Assembly (NCBI GenBank): GCA_964014485.1
Contig: CAXHAT010000001.1
Coordinates: forward strand, 66,946 to 130,945
Length of the DNA: 64,000 bases
Reading direction: 5' to 3'
From: an uncultured Deferribacteres bacterium
Lineage (GTDB): Bacteria; Zhuqueibacterota; Zhuqueibacteria; Zhuqueibacterales; Geothermadaptataceae
In this document: in pieces, positions 9,037 through 19,771 of the stretch
Layout of the letters: every line of letters begins with the position of its first letter
Numbering within the stretch: position 1 is the stretch's first letter
Translations under genes and position numbers: made by a program
The notes under the pieces: generated by a model
The model's input: the letters and a program-made list of their open reading frames with translations, nothing else
Databases searched by the model: none
Told to the model about the DNA's origin: nothing

Positions 9037-11529
9037 CTATTTTTCCGGCTGAAGATGCGTCACGTGCTGCGCAACGGATTCGACTTTTGGCCGTGAATAG
9101 AATGCCGGAAAATACCGTCCCTCCGCCCAGAGTTTAAACAAATCTCCGTAGTGCGGGCTATTTGGATCGCCTGACTGACCGGGCGAATTTGTGCCCACCG
9201 AATTATCCCAATTTCCCGTGTCAGCAATAATTCTGAATGTGCCGCCGGAGCGTTGATTGTCCGAGTTTGACGTGTTGTTCACGGTGTAGCCGTATCCGCC
9301 GCGCGGCAAAGGCCCAACGTTGAGTTTTTCCTTCATAGCTTCCGTCACCGCGCCGCTCAGCATGTGTTGAATTTTGCTGTGATGATATTTCGCCTGGCCG
9401 TATTGCCATCGTCGCATGTCTGCGCCCAATTTATTGGTCAATTTTTCAAGCGCCTGTGACAAGCTGTTGAGTAAAAGTTCATCCCGCGCGGCGACCGGAT
9501 TTTTGCCGAATGCTCCGTCGGGAGCAACCAACCATTCGATGAGACGAACGCGCGACACACCGCCGAAAAGAGCCGCATCTTCGAGAGAAATTCGTAAAGC
9601 GATGACATTTTGCGCCAGTTTTTTCTCCCACGCTGCGTAAATTCCTGCTTCTACAGAATTTGCATCGAGAACGAAATCCCAATCCAAAAGCATTCGCATC
9701 GCTTCCGCGACGCGCCGGTCGTCAGATTTTAGATTCTTGAGCAACGGGACAATTGCCCGCGCAACGAGAGAGAGCTCGTCGTGCTGCAAAAGCATGTTGT
9801 CGGAAAGCGTAAGTTTTCGTCCTGAGCCCAGCACTTCTTCGATGCGGTGAAAGCGGAACGGGTCTGACCAATTAAATCCAATGTGGTAGGGGTAATCGAG
9901 CGGGACGTTGTTTTGGTTGGCGGTTGCAAAATGGCCTTTTTCAGGGTTGTAAACATTCGGCAGAGATTTTACCGGTAAAAAGCCTGTCCATTCAAAACGG
10001 CCGTCGCCCGGGACGGGAAGAACGCCTTGCCAATCGTTGCGCACGGGCGTGAATCCGACCGCCTGCCAGCCGATGTTACCGTTTTTGTCGGCCCAAACCA
10101 TATTTTCCGGCGGCGTTCCGGAAAAACTGCACGCCTCGCGAAATTCTTCAAAAGTGGCTGCTTGATCCATGCGCAAGCTGGCCAAATAGGGCGCGGTTCC
10201 GATTTCCAACCATGCCGCGCGCAACGCGTAAGCCTTGCTATTTTCTGCGTCTTCGTACAATACCGGGCCGTGTCTTGTGTATTTTAGTTGAACAGTCTTT
10301 GGCTCTTGACCTTTGACGGGGATACTTTCTTCGATCATTTCCATATCCTGCCAACGTCCCTGATATTTGTACTGGTTTGGGTTTTCAGGATTTGTGTCGT
10401 AGGTGTACAAATCTTCCTGATCGATAAGAAAAATTGTCAATCCCCATGCGCCGTGCTCATTGTGGCCGATTGAAAGTCCGGGGAGTGCAGGCTCGCCGCC
10501 GCCGATGGCGTTCCAGCCCGGAGCATTGAGGTGGGCCCAGTAACGCAGCGAGGGAACCTGCAGACTGCGATGGGGATCATTGGCCATAATCGGATAACCG
10601 GAAAACGTCTTTTCGCCGCTCAACACCCAGTTATTGCTGCCGATGGTGTTAACAACCTCGTTGACGTCACCAAACAGTTTCAAAAAGTAATCTCGGGCAT
10701 TTTCCGGCTCTCCTTGCGCCAATCGTCCTTGAATCTCCTGGTTAAAAAGCGCCCCGGTTTTGGGAGATTTGCCACGATGCTCGGCTTGGGCAATATCTTC
10801 GGGCGTAAAGGGCGGCGGAAACCGAGATGCGTTGTATATCTCCAGAACGTCCTGCGTGATGAGTGACAAGTCAAGTCCTGGTTTCACCTCAAGGTCTGGC
10901 TGCCCGTGGTGGTAATTGTTGATTTCGCGAACCTTGTCGGCCCCGAGCTTGTGTACGAGTTGCGCGGTCGCGACTTCCGCTCGTGCGCCAAAAAACAGGC
11001 CGTTGTGCCGCGAAACCACGATTTCCGGCGTCCATTCGCCGGGCTGAATTCCGAGCAATCCAAATTCAATTGGCAGCAGATCGGGGTTTTGTCGCGTCAG
11101 CTCAATGTAGGCGTTTATCCCCGCAACAAAAGAAGTGATAATCTCACGCCCGTCTTCGTGATAGTGCGCCATTTCTTGTTCAATCGGCTTGCGCAGCTTG
11201 AGCAGCCTCGCTCCAATGTCGTGCTGCAGCGCTTTTTCACCCTGAATTTCCGCCAGCAATCCGAGCGCGCGTCTGCGCCACATCTCGAATTGGAAAAGCC
11301 GATCACGCGCTGCATTCCAGCCTTGCGCGAAAAACAAATCGGGCTGGTTTTGTGCGTAAATGTGTGAAATCCCCCACCTGTCCTTGATGATTTCAACCGT
11401 CTCGCTCAAGCCGGCGATTTTCAGAGTGTCGACTTTGTCACCATAGGTGGCCGTCCGCCCTTCCGGCGTAAAGTTCAGGATGACTCCCAAAGCCAATGCT
11501 TTGACCAAAAGCCTTGATCGATTTCGCAT
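9037..11529 (-). CDS. Penicillin acylase family (S45, Ntn-hydrolase)
   Basis: DRWGISHIYA, GSNNW nucleophile, ANDPH, PGQSG...HYGD. Confidence 0.92.
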   Translation of the reverse strand: MRNRSRLLVKALALGVILNFTPEGRTATYGDKVDTLKIAGLSETVEIIKDRWGISHIYAQNQPDLFFAQGWNAARDRLFQFEMWRRRALGLLAEIQGEKALQHDIGARLLKLRKPIEQEMAHYHEDGREIITSFVAGINAYIELTRQNPDLLPIEFGLLGIQPGEWTPEIVVSRHNGLFFGARAEVATAQLVHKLGADKVREINNYHHGQPDLEVKPGLDLSLITQDVLEIYNASRFPPPFTPEDIAQAEHRGKSPKTGALFNQEIQGRLAQGEPENARDYFLKLFGDVNEVVNTIGSNNWVLSGEKTFSGYPIMANDPHRSLQVPSLRYWAHLNAPGWNAIGGGEPALPGLSIGHNEHGAWGLTIFLIDQEDLYTYDTNPENPNQYKYQGRWQDMEMIEESIPVKGQEPKTVQLKYTRHGPVLYEDAENSKAYALRAAWLEIGTAPYLASLRMDQAATFEEFREACSFSGTPPENMVWADKNGNIGWQAVGFTPVRNDWQGVLPVPGDGRFEWTGFLPVKSLPNVYNPEKGHFATANQNNVPLDYPYHIGFNWSDPFRFHRIEEVLGSGRKLTLSDNMLLQHDELSLVARAIVPLLKNLKSDDRRVAEAMRMLLDWDFVLDANSVEAGIYAAWEKKLAQNVIALRISLEDAALFGGVSRVRLIEWLVAPDGAFGKNPVAARDELLLNSLSQALEKLTNKLGADMRRWQYGQAKYHHSKIQHMLSGAVTEAMKEKLNVGPLPRGGYGYTVNNTSNSDNQRSGGTFRIIADTGNWDNSVGTNSPGQSGDPNSPHYGDLFKLWAEGRYFPAFYSRPKVESVAQHVTHLQPEK

Positions 11530-11563
11530 TCGTTTCTCTCTCCCTCGTTTTGAAAGATGAATC

Positions 11564-11995
11564 TTACTCACCGGCTGTTATTTTGGCGTCAATCGAATAT
11601 CTGCCCGGCCCGCTGATCAAAAGCGCAATGTAGGGAAAAAGAAAAAGAATCGCTTTTTCCATGCGAGAAAACGGATCGCTGATATGAACGACAAATATGG
11701 CCACAAGCATTGTGATGATCAGCGGGATGACCGCGAATCGCGTTGCAAAGCCGATCACGACGGCGACAGCGCAGAAGAATTCGGCAAAGACGGCCAAAGT
11801 CAGGCTGATTGGGCTGCCGAGACCAAGCGGGTCGGGGAAGGAATCCAGACGTTCGCCGTAGCTCATCAATTTTCCCCAGCCGTGCCCGATCACCATAGAT
11901 GCGCCGAACACAATTCGAATAATAAGGAGGGACAGGTCGATTCGCGCTGCGGGGATTTCAGGATCGAAAAAGTACTTTTTCCAGAATGATTTCAT
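11564..11995 (-). CDS. DoxX-family membrane protein
   Basis: RIVFG...HGWGKL, AEFFC, GFATR, GPGRYSID. Confidence 0.88.
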   Translation of the reverse strand: MKSFWKKYFFDPEIPAARIDLSLLIIRIVFGASMVIGHGWGKLMSYGERLDSFPDPLGLGSPISLTLAVFAEFFCAVAVVIGFATRFAVIPLIITMLVAIFVVHISDPFSRMEKAILFLFPYIALLISGPGRYSIDAKITAGE

Positions 11996-12225
11996 CTTAC
12001 ACTCCATTTGTTGAATTGAGAACCCAAGAGCGCAATAAAGGAGCATTTTCAAAAGAAAAAGTAAACTAATTTGAGATGGAAGCTTCGAACTGGGGGGTAT
12101 TTCGAAAAAGGGGATGAAGGTAAGCGCTGGCTTCAGCGCCTACCATTTACGGCTCAAAGTCAATTCAACCGGGAAGGCGCGAGCGGGTAAAACCGCTCGC
12201 AGGCGGATGCAAAAGATCAAAACCT

Positions 12226-13698
12226 TTAATACTGTCCTTTTGAAAAATACCGCGAAAAAAGCAAGTCGCTTAACTTCACGGCTTCGCGACAGTATGGGCG
12301 AATTTCCCTGGCAGACAATTCTTCGTTTAAAATTGTCTTTGCGGTTTTCCAACTGTCTTCGGACTCAATCCGTTTGATAAACTTTTTGTACGCTCTTTGA
12401 TCCTTGCCAAAGATTTTTTTAACAAAGAGCGTCTCGGATTTCTTATCGATGATTACATGCAAAGAAGGGTAAGGGCCGGGAGGTTGATACTCGAGCTGAG
12501 AGCGATTGATTGAGGCGGTGGCGGTATCATCAAATTCAAAGTTAGAGCGGAAGCTGCGGCCAAAATTGTCAGTCGCGTCAAAAGCGGCATTATCATTGTC
12601 TTGAGAAGACGAATCGCCCATCGACGGCGTTCTGTCATTTTCTTTTGAGCTTTTCGGCTTTTTCTCGTTTCCGGCCCCGTTTGATGCATTCGAATTATCA
12701 CGTTTTCCGAAAAAAAATCGCATGTATCCAGTCTCATTTTCAGGGTTCATTTCCGAATGCCGCGCCGGCTGCGTGACCGTAAGGGCGCGGCTCACCGTTT
12801 GTCTGTCTGAATCATTCCCCGTTAAGACGTCAGAATTTTCTCTCTCGCTCGTCAACGCAGCGGCGGCGGGTTCGTCGATATATTGAACAGGTTCGCCAAT
12901 ATCATCTCCTCCTTCGGCCAGTCTGCCTACAATCAGATGTCGTTCGAGAAATTGTTGGAACGCTTCAAAGGACCAGGTCTCCTTTTGAGATCGCTCTTCA
13001 AGAAAGCTTGCGGCGTAATCGTGCAGGCCGCGTTCTACAAGCATGCCGTACATCAAGTCTGCGGAGAACTCGTGGACGTCGGTTTGAAAAACTTCGAAAT
13101 AGAATCCCCAAAGCATTTCTAAATCCGAACAAAGCGAAGCGACGGGATTTCCCGCATAGAGGTCGGCTTTCAGCTTTTCCGAGACGGCATTGTAATCTTC
13201 TTTTGAAAAATAGTTTTTGGGGTCTTTCTCAAGCTCCGCCAGCAAAGCTCGGACGAAAGGAACGTCGCCGCTCAAACCACGCAAAACATCGACGACTTCT
13301 TCGCTCAAGCGCTCGGGCTGCGTTCGAAAAAGCATGGATTTAACAGTAGAAACGGGGCGGGTGATCAAATCGAAGCAAAGCGTAACGGTAAAGCGAATCG
13401 TCTTTCGGACTTCTTCGGGCCGAAAACGCACTCGTTCGATAAGGTGATCTCTCAGAATACGAATGTGATTCTTAAAAGCAGGTTCAGAAAAATCGAACCG
13501 ATTGCTCTGAATGATTCTGATGGGGCGTTCTTTGAGAAAGACATTGCGAGCCTCCTTGCGGAGTGAAACGCGCAAAATATTAGGTAAGTTTAAGTGCTCA
13601 AGTTCCTTGAAGGCAATGAATTGCTTATTGCTGACAATTCTTTGCTCAAGTTCAGCGATGAGCTTTTGTTTCTCCAGGCGCCAATAGTCGGCATTCAT
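12226..13698 (-). CDS. Hypothetical protein (helical N-terminal domain, disordered linker, FCB-type C-terminal helical domain)
   Basis: 490-aa ORF; C-terminal FVKKIFGKDQRAYKKFIKRIESEDSWKTA resembles uncharacterised Bacteroidota-type C-terminal domains. Confidence 0.7.
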   Translation of the reverse strand: MNADYWRLEKQKLIAELEQRIVSNKQFIAFKELEHLNLPNILRVSLRKEARNVFLKERPIRIIQSNRFDFSEPAFKNHIRILRDHLIERVRFRPEEVRKTIRFTVTLCFDLITRPVSTVKSMLFRTQPERLSEEVVDVLRGLSGDVPFVRALLAELEKDPKNYFSKEDYNAVSEKLKADLYAGNPVASLCSDLEMLWGFYFEVFQTDVHEFSADLMYGMLVERGLHDYAASFLEERSQKETWSFEAFQQFLERHLIVGRLAEGGDDIGEPVQYIDEPAAAALTSERENSDVLTGNDSDRQTVSRALTVTQPARHSEMNPENETGYMRFFFGKRDNSNASNGAGNEKKPKSSKENDRTPSMGDSSSQDNDNAAFDATDNFGRSFRSNFEFDDTATASINRSQLEYQPPGPYPSLHVIIDKKSETLFVKKIFGKDQRAYKKFIKRIESEDSWKTAKTILNEELSAREIRPYCREAVKLSDLLFSRYFSKGQY

Positions 13699-13843
13699 TT
13701 TTAATCCTTGCCATTTCGTCCTGTGCTCGGCAAAAGGAATCGAATCCCTTTCGATTTTCCGTTAAAATAAAAAGCGCGGCAGTGCATTACGCTTGAAAAA
13801 ACTCACTCCCCGATACTCATCCTGAGTTCGAGGGGCGAATGTT

Positions 13844-16369
13844 TTATTGATCTGAAGTATAATCGTTGTCGTTCTGAGGTGCGCCGTTTGTGTTCAAGTC
13901 AACGTCTGAGGCGTTTTCATCTTGATCATCTTCGTCTTCTCCTTCGTCAGCAACAACTGTTGCAACGTCAGCGATGACGTCTCCATCATCGACTCGAATC
14001 AATCGAAACCCTTGTGTATTTCTGCCGATAACGCTGATTTGGCCAATGTTTTGGCGGATGATAATTCCCTTTTGCGTGATGATCATAACATCGTTATCAT
14101 CGACGGCTTCTTCAATCGCCACCAACAGTCCGGTTTTATCATTCGTTTTCAGCGTGATGACGCCCTTGCCGCCTCGGTGCTGCAGAGAATAATCTTCGAC
14201 GAAACTGCGCTTGCCATATCCGTTCTCTGTAACAATAAGAACGGTTCCATCGCCCGAAACGATAACCATCCCAATCAAGACGTCATTTTCAGACAACTCG
14301 ATTCCTTTTACGCCGGAAGCGGTTCTTCCCATCTCGCGAACTTCGCCTTCGTTAAATCGAATCGATTTTCCCTGGCGGGTCGCAAGCATAATTTGCTGAG
14401 AACCGTCGGTCAGCTTCGCGGCGATCAATTCGTCGTTTTCCCGAATAGATATAGCATTTATGCCGCCTTTGCGCGGATTTCCGTAAGCTGACAGCGCGGT
14501 CTTTTTAACAATTCCGCGCGCCGTCGCCATAACGACGTTTCGTGCATCGTCGAACTCACGAACGCTTACAAAAGCAGCAATTTTCTCGTCGGCGTCGAGA
14601 TTGAGCACGTTAACCAACGCTCTGCCGCGCGACGTTCGGCCAGCCAAAGGCGCTTGATAGACTTTGAGCCAATGGCATTTTCCTTTGTTGGTAAAAAACA
14701 AAATATAATTATGAGTTGAAGCGACAAACAGATGCTTTATGAAAGCTTCGTTTTTGGTTTTTGAGCCCGTCAGTCCTCGGCCGCCGCGATTCTGGCTGCG
14801 ATATTCCGTGAGAGGAACGCGCTTGATAAAACCGTCGCTGCTCATCGTCACAACCATATCTTCCTCGGCGATCAAGGATTCAATGCTGATGCCTTCTAAC
14901 GATGGAACAATGTCGGTGCGGCGCTCATCGCCATATTTGTCCTTGAGAGCAAGCAATTCTTCCTTGACGATCTGCATTCGCAATTCACGATTCGCCAAAA
15001 TGCTTTGCAGCTTTTCGATCAATTGCAAAACTTCGCGATATTCTTGCTCGATTTTATCGCGTTCAAGACCGGTCAATCTTTGCAAACGCATATCGAGAAT
15101 CGCTTGCGCTTGAATTTCGCTTAAGCCAAAGCGTTCCATCAAACCGGTTCGCGCTTCGGAAGGGTTGGCGGACTTTTTGATCAATTCAACTATTTCGTCG
15201 ATATTGTCGAGCGCTATTTTTAAGCCTTCCAAAATGTGCGCGCGTTTTTCCGCTTTTTCCAAATCGAATTTCGTTCGACGAACAACGACTTCGTGGCGAA
15301 AATCGATGAAATGCTGCAAAACTTGCTTGAGCGTCAACACATGCGGGCGGCCATTGACAAGCGCCAGCATGATGACCCCAAAACTCGTCTGCAATGCCGT
15401 GTGCTTAAAAAGATTGTTGAGCACAACATCCGGCACGGCGTCGCGCTTCAGTTCAACGACCACGCGAATGCCTTCACGATCCGATTCGTCGCGAATATCG
15501 GAAATGCCTTCGATGCGTTTTTCGCGAATTTGCGCCGCTGTTCTTTCAATCCACCCGCGCTTGTTGACCTGGTAGGGAAACTCGTTGACGATAATTCTTT
15601 CACGCCCGTTGTTTAGCTCTTCAAACTGCGTCTTTGCGCGTATCGAGACAATACCTCGCCCGGAGCGGTAAGCTTCGTCAATGCCTTCTTCGCCGTAAAT
15701 CGTTCCGCCGGTTGGAAAATCCGGCCCTTTGATATGTTCCATCAAGCCTTCGACGGCGATTTCCGGATCGTCAATAAGCGCGGCGATGCCGTTGATAACT
15801 TCATCGATATTGTGTGGCGGGATGTTCGTCGCCATTCCGACGGCAATTCCTGACGAACCATTGACCAGCAACGTAGGCAGCACGGACGGCAGAACGGTCG
15901 GCTCTTTTAGCGATTCATCGAAATTCGGGGCAAAATCGACAGTGTTCTTTTCGAGGTCACGCAGAATTTCTTCAGCAATGCGGGTAAGACGCGCTTCGGT
16001 GTAACGCATGGCCGCCGGGTTGTCGCCGTCAATAGAACCAAAGTTGCCTTGGCCGTCGACAAGCGGGTAGCGCAACGAAAAGTCTTGCACCATCCGAACC
16101 ATCGCATCATAAACGGCTGAATCGCCGTGCGGATGGTATTTACCCAACACTTCACCAACGATTCTTGCTGACTTTTTGTAAGAGCTGCCGGGTCTCAAAT
16201 TCAAGTCTAACATGCCGTACAGGACGCGGCGGTGGACTGGCTTCAATCCGTCGCGTACATCCGGCAGCGCCCGCGAAACAATGACCGACATCGAATAATT
16301 GATGTACGATTCTTTCATTTCGTCTTCGATGAAGACCGGAACGACTTTGCCTATTTCAAAATTACTCAT
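13844..16369 (-). CDS. gyrA: DNA gyrase subunit A
   Basis: [29 protein letters not shown] catalytic Tyr, GyrA-box QNRGGRG, beta-pinwheel repeats, acidic tail. Confidence 0.97.
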   Translation of the reverse strand: MSNFEIGKVVPVFIEDEMKESYINYSMSVIVSRALPDVRDGLKPVHRRVLYGMLDLNLRPGSSYKKSARIVGEVLGKYHPHGDSAVYDAMVRMVQDFSLRYPLVDGQGNFGSIDGDNPAAMRYTEARLTRIAEEILRDLEKNTVDFAPNFDESLKEPTVLPSVLPTLLVNGSSGIAVGMATNIPPHNIDEVINGIAALIDDPEIAVEGLMEHIKGPDFPTGGTIYGEEGIDEAYRSGRGIVSIRAKTQFEELNNGRERIIVNEFPYQVNKRGWIERTAAQIREKRIEGISDIRDESDREGIRVVVELKRDAVPDVVLNNLFKHTALQTSFGVIMLALVNGRPHVLTLKQVLQHFIDFRHEVVVRRTKFDLEKAEKRAHILEGLKIALDNIDEIVELIKKSANPSEARTGLMERFGLSEIQAQAILDMRLQRLTGLERDKIEQEYREVLQLIEKLQSILANRELRMQIVKEELLALKDKYGDERRTDIVPSLEGISIESLIAEEDMVVTMSSDGFIKRVPLTEYRSQNRGGRGLTGSKTKNEAFIKHLFVASTHNYILFFTNKGKCHWLKVYQAPLAGRTSRGRALVNVLNLDADEKIAAFVSVREFDDARNVVMATARGIVKKTALSAYGNPRKGGINAISIRENDELIAAKLTDGSQQIMLATRQGKSIRFNEGEVREMGRTASGVKGIELSENDVLIGMVIVSGDGTVLIVTENGYGKRSFVEDYSLQHRGGKGVITLKTNDKTGLLVAIEEAVDDNDVMIITQKGIIIRQNIGQISVIGRNTQGFRLIRVDDGDVIADVATVVADEGEDEDDQDENASDVDLNTNGAPQNDNDYTSDQ

Positions 16370-16511
16370 GAACAATCCGTATTATTTGCTTGCAGAAAAC
16401 CCGCTGATGCAAAAGTTAAATCCGCTAAGGTTTTTTGTGTTTTTTTACAGCACGAAAACATCTTGGAGTTTTGATGTTTTTGCGCGACAGAAGATCAAAT
16501 AATACAAATAT

Positions 16512-17642
16512 TTACCGCAACTCGCAAGCAGTTTGTTTTTCTTTAAAAGGCAGGCCGTCAATTTCCTTCCTTTGCTTAAGCGCAGGAGTGGAAGTATGAG
16601 TGAACCATTTTGGTTGGGGATCAATGAAATATATCAAATCGTCCCGGCTTAAGCAGGTTCGTTTCGACTGTTGTTTTTCCGCAAGAGAATAACTAACCCA
16701 TGCTGACGGGGCTAATTTTCTCGCCAACAGATCGTCAACCAGTTGCGCGATTTCTTTTTCAGGTAGTGAGGCGGGAATTTGACATCTGATATTTCGCGGG
16801 TACTTGAACCCTCCTCTTTCTTCGTAGAGGCCGTTTTGGATCGCCAGCTTAGCCAAATACAGCACGGCTCGAACAGCGTCTTTTCGGCCTGGCTGCGCCT
16901 GAACGACCGTGTCATTTCCTTCTTGTGCATATCTCATGGCCTGCGGAAGAAGATGTTTGCGGGCTTCTTCAAAAAAATCATACCCGGCAAAAGATGAATC
17001 TTCAAATGCTGATTCATAAGCGTCGTTCACAGCAGAGCTTGATACTAACGGCTCAAAGTTTTTCACGACGCGTTCATCCGAGTCGTGAAAAATTCTGTTT
17101 AGGTATTGCTTCCAGTTCAAATCTGAAGTCACTTGCTGAGATGCTGCTGCAGCAATATTGAGTTGCCCTTTTAGCCAACCGACAAATCCGACAGCATCCT
17201 GGCCGGTTAGCTCTATCATCATGAATGGCTCGTGGGGCCGCACAAATTCGTTTTCGCCTTTGTACGTCAATTTCACTGGCAACAACCCGCCAAAATCTCT
17301 CAGCACTTGCCGCCAAAAGCCAGCGTTTATCCATAAACCATCGCTTCGGCTTTGATCTGCATTCTCAAGCGCCCGTATTGTTTCGTCGATTTCCAGACGC
17401 GTTACCCGAAGCTTTAGACGGTTTTCAATAACGGTTTCAAAACCATGGAGCAGGATGCGATCATTATCCATCGAAAATCCATTTTTTGCAGCACAATCTC
17501 TAAAAGCAACATGAAAGGTTTTTCTTTGACTGGAGAAAAACTGTCCGGGGAGTTCTTGTTGATCGCTTGATGTTCGCAACTGCAAAAGGCGGTATTTGTA
17601 TTGAAGTCTTGCAGATTGAGAAATTCCTTGCGAAATGTCCAT
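16512..17642 (-). CDS. Divergent, internally deleted nicotinamide phosphoribosyltransferase (NAMPT/NadV)-like protein, probably inactive
   Basis: DRILLHGF...VTRLEIDE...WRQVLRDFGGLLPVKL...VRPHEP and GFKYPRNIR...LSRDD follow the NAMPT pattern; catalytic motifs are absent; AGGAG RBS; lies downstream of nrtR. Confidence 0.65.
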   Translation of the reverse strand: MDISQGISQSARLQYKYRLLQLRTSSDQQELPGQFFSSQRKTFHVAFRDCAAKNGFSMDNDRILLHGFETVIENRLKLRVTRLEIDETIRALENADQSRSDGLWINAGFWRQVLRDFGGLLPVKLTYKGENEFVRPHEPFMMIELTGQDAVGFVGWLKGQLNIAAAASQQVTSDLNWKQYLNRIFHDSDERVVKNFEPLVSSSAVNDAYESAFEDSSFAGYDFFEEARKHLLPQAMRYAQEGNDTVVQAQPGRKDAVRAVLYLAKLAIQNGLYEERGGFKYPRNIRCQIPASLPEKEIAQLVDDLLARKLAPSAWVSYSLAEKQQSKRTCLSRDDLIYFIDPQPKWFTHTSTPALKQRKEIDGLPFKEKQTACELR

Positions 17643-17657
17643 GATTCATTACTCCTG

Positions 17658-17678
17658 AAAGTGTCTTTTTTACACTAA
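17658..17678. promoter_or_regulatory. NrtR operator 2
   Basis: aaaGTGTcttttttACACtaa, GTGT-N7-ACAC palindrome next to the RBS of the NAMPT-like gene. Confidence 0.8.
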
Positions 17679-17733
17679 GTTGTTTATAAAAACAGCCGAT
17701 CTTTTGTTCGTCCTTAAAATCAGATTGCAATGA

Positions 17734-18387
17734 TTATCTGAACAGCGGGATCGTTTCCAGTGATCGGCTTACGGCTTGATACAACATTGCTGGCCGGGCT
17801 TTTCTCCCCAACCGTTTTTCTCCAGTGGGCTTGATGATATTTAAGGAAAGAATTTTTTTTCGAAAATTTCGTTTGTCGATATTTCGCTGGAGGCAATATT
17901 CATAAAGTTTTTGCATTTCCGTGAGAGTGAACTTTTGAGGAAGCAAGAGCAGCGCAATGGAAGTGTAATTAAGTTTCGAAGCTATCCGCTCTCTGCAAAC
18001 GCTCAAAATCTGATCGTGATCGTAGGCCAAATCATGGATGGAAAACGCATCTCTCCACTGGCCGTAAGTATATTTTTCACACGGTTCAAACAACGCAACG
18101 TCAGACTCCGGAAAAGCCATGTATGCAGTGGCGATTGACCTGCGCCGAACGTCACGATCCGGAGCTGAGAACGTATAAACCTGCTCGAAAAACGCTTTCT
18201 GCGATCCGGTCGCTTCAAAAAAAACCCGCCGGGCGGCCGTCCTAAGGTCCTCATCGCTTTGCAAGAGAGAACCAGGCAAGGCTAACTTTCCGGAAAACGG
18301 TTCAAGCTTTAACTTGACAATGTAGACCAGCAGCTTGTTTTCCGCGAAACGAAAGATTGCCATATCGATTGCCGCAAAAGGGTTCAT
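17734..18387 (-). CDS. nrtR: NrtR-family transcriptional regulator (degenerate NUDIX + wHTH)
   Basis: ALPG...AARRVFFEATG, FEQVYTFSAPDRD, LAYDHDQI, FTLTEMQKLYE, DKRNFRKKI, RPAMLY. Confidence 0.9.
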   Translation of the reverse strand: MNPFAAIDMAIFRFAENKLLVYIVKLKLEPFSGKLALPGSLLQSDEDLRTAARRVFFEATGSQKAFFEQVYTFSAPDRDVRRRSIATAYMAFPESDVALFEPCEKYTYGQWRDAFSIHDLAYDHDQILSVCRERIASKLNYTSIALLLLPQKFTLTEMQKLYEYCLQRNIDKRNFRKKILSLNIIKPTGEKRLGRKARPAMLYQAVSRSLETIPLFR

Positions 18388-18394
18388 GGCGACA

Positions 18395-18423
18395 AGTATA
18401 GTGTCCTTTTTACACGAAGTCAA
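18395..18423 (-). promoter_or_regulatory. Sigma70 promoter of nrtR with NrtR operator 1 (18398-18418) in the spacer
   Basis: Minus strand reads TTGACT-17 nt-TATACT; the spacer contains GTGT-N7-ACAC; ATG lies 7 nt after the -10 box. Confidence 0.8.
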
Positions 18424-18514
18424 GTTGATTCTTTCCGCAATGCCTTGAAAAATTCAATGCGCCTGAGGTACGTTAGAAGAAACCCGCCTCACTCAAAAGA
18501 AATCTTAGCGTTTA

Positions 18515-19479
18515 TCACGGTGAAAACTTTTCAATACTATTTCTTATCGGCGCAACAGTTTTCAAATATGCGAAAATTGCTTTCAAGTCCCGATCTTTCA
18601 TCCCTGAGAGTTCGAACCAGGGCATCCTTGTTGTAAATTCCCCGCTATTGATCTTTACGGGCTGAACTTCCGGGTTTGCAAACGCCTTGAATCTGGCAAC
18701 AAACATCGCTTCGCTCCATAGCCCGACGCCGGTTTCCGTGTCCTGAGTCAAGTTGGTTGAGCGTACGATCCCGCCGCCCGGAATCGGAAATTCATGTCCG
18801 CCCGCGAAATCCATGCCTTCAACAGGCTCACCCATTTCAATTGGCGTGTGGCAAAAATGACATCCGGATACTTGGCTCAAAAACTTTCCATAGTTCACTA
18901 AATCTGTTGTGTCAGGCTCTTCAACTTCAACATATGGAGCAGGGACGGTCTTGAAAATCAAGCTGAACGGAAAGGCGATTTCCGGCTCGGGAATAGTGTT
19001 TTCAACCGAAGGGAGAGAGCGCAGATACGCGATAATGGCATAGACGTCTGAGCGCGGCAAGTTTTTGTAAATTGCATAGGGCATCATCGGCGCAAGCCCA
19101 TTTCCATCCTTGTCAATTCCTGCAGTAATGGCACGAAAAATTTCACCGTCCGTCCATTCCTTCAGGTTTGCGGGGGTGAGATTAGACGCGTAGACCTTGC
19201 CGAATTCATCTTCGACAAGTCCCCGCCCGCCCCATTTGCTCCATTTACAAGCTTTGGAGGGTAATAAGCCCAATCATGCTCCGAGTGACAATCCATGCAT
19301 AAATTCACATGATTCGCCAAATACTTGCCGCGCATAACGAGTTCTTCCGTTGATTCTATGGCAATATCCGGCGCGGCTTCAACTTTTGGAAAACTGAAAT
19401 TGATAAAAGCAGCGCCCGCAACGACCAACACAACAACAAGGACTACCAATATCCCGAGAATTTTCAAAAGTTTTTTCAT
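18515..19479 (-). pseudogene. Membrane-anchored diheme cytochrome c, split by a frameshift near 19221-19224
   Basis: 5' ORF has a TM anchor and CMDCH; 3' ORF has NLTP, MPY, CHFCH and MPW. The frames join if one G is added to the G4 run. Confidence 0.8.
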
Positions 19480-19745
19480 CACACCACCTTCCACATTGAG
19501 TGCTACTCTGAGTACAAAACTTGTTCTTGTTTATCTTAAAAAATATGCGAAAGAACTGCGAGATCGAGCAAAGAAAATTTGACTGAAAAGCATTATGGCT
19601 TCTGAAAGAATTGAACGGCCTTTCAAAATCCTGATGATTCGCCGCGCAATTGCTGATCAAATGGAGGTCGACAAACACGCTCAGCCAGCAACTTTGCAGC
19701 ATATTAACCGCTCAACGATTATTGCTTCAAATCGTATCTATGCTT

Positions 19746-19760
19746 TGGCACAGACTTTGT
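19746..19760 (+). promoter_or_regulatory. Putative sigma54 (-24/-12) promoter
   Basis: TGGCACA-GACT-TTGT. Confidence 0.55.
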
Positions 19761-19771
19761 GAAATAATTTA

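Noticed and set aside
12119..12206. Hairpins downstream of the 490-aa hypothetical gene as a riboswitch or ncRNA
   Set aside because: Two isolated stems with no recognisable aptamer; more likely terminator or REP remnants.
13844..16369. parC, or gyrA without gyrB as a novelty
   Set aside because: The GyrA-box and acidic tail indicate GyrA, and separated gyrA/gyrB genes are common.
19215..19240. Programmed frameshift or phase variation in the cytochrome gene
   Set aside because: There is no slippery heptamer, and the G run is too short for typical phase variation.
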